Positions 54,672 through 54,999 of a stretch of DNA of 54,999 nt are shown one piece after another. Made by a program: the position numbers and the translations under genes. Origin of the DNA: a virus (lineage: Duplodnaviria > Heunggongvirae > Uroviricota > Caudoviricetes). How positions within the stretch are numbered: the stretch's first letter is position 1; every line of letters begins with the position of its first letter. The notes under the pieces were generated by a model. It searched no databases. It had not been told where the DNA came from and saw nothing but the letters and a program-made list of their open reading frames with translations. The DNA is taken from IMG/VR virus record IMGVR_UViG_3300042885_000900; one strand, written 5' to 3'.

Positions 54672-54998
54672 TTACCAAGTTCTACACGCCCAATATCTAG
54701 CTTTCCATCTTGGTCCTGGATTATCACAATTCATTCTCGCTCTAAAAGATTTTCTTCTTGCCGGATTATTCTTTTTTATTACCATTCTTTTACCTTTGGC
54801 AGATTTTCCTCCAAATCCAAAATTTACCTTAACAACATTTCCTTTGTCGTTCTTAACATACACTTTGAATTTTTTAACATCTCCTTGCATAATTTTACCA
54901 AGTTGAACTTTTCGTCCCTGATATTCGGCTTCCGTTAGTAAATCACCAACAACAAAGTTGGTTTCCTCAACGGAGCCATAAAAACTATCATCTATATT
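54672..54998 (-). CDS. Conserved phage protein, 5'-truncated by the window edge
   Basis: Frame open to the edge; RKSFRARMNCDNPGP...ARYWAC motif. Confidence 0.75.
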   Translation of the reverse strand, partial: NIDDSFYGSVEETNFVVGDLLTEAEYQGRKVQLGKIMQGDVKKFKVYVKNDKGNVVKVNFGFGGKSAKGKRMVIKKNNPARRKSFRARMNCDNPGPRWKARYWACRTW

Positions 54999-54999
54999 G

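Noticed and set aside
1-54999. Stop-codon reassignment
   Set aside because: DnaK, ThyA, ClpP and the endolysin are intact in code 11, TAA, TAG and TGA all end genes, and no clean suppressor tRNA is present.

Overview
AT-rich fragment of a large tailed-phage genome, read in the standard genetic code. The host is probably Bacteroidota (Flavobacterium-like), because TAnnTTTG -7 / TTTG -33 promoters recur and Shine-Dalgarno sites are not evident. Bases 1-12.5 kb hold a minus-strand RNA island: 23 recognisable tRNAs, about 6 tRNA-like RNAs with non-standard anticodon arms, and several closed, structured ncRNA candidates. Five of the tRNAs share a co-varying, rewired D/T-loop elbow (A18, A54-G55-C56, U58). 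The rest is densely coding: DnaK, ClpP, an FKBP PPIase, an insertion-bearing ThyA, a GH19 endolysin, a GT2 glycosyltransferase, phosphatases, several free-standing GIY-YIG/HNH/DUF559-like endonucleases and many small hypothetical genes. About 16 unrelated proteins share an N-terminal K-x-x-[IL]-[TN]-E tag and mostly follow a TATTTAT motif. The most striking observation is three genes whose 3' halves are arrays of 36-bp repeats separated by mostly unique spacers of about 30 bp. This is CRISPR type II/VI-B geometry read as a 22-codon protein repeat, with no cas genes in the window. All product calls come from motif recognition by eye; no searches were run.
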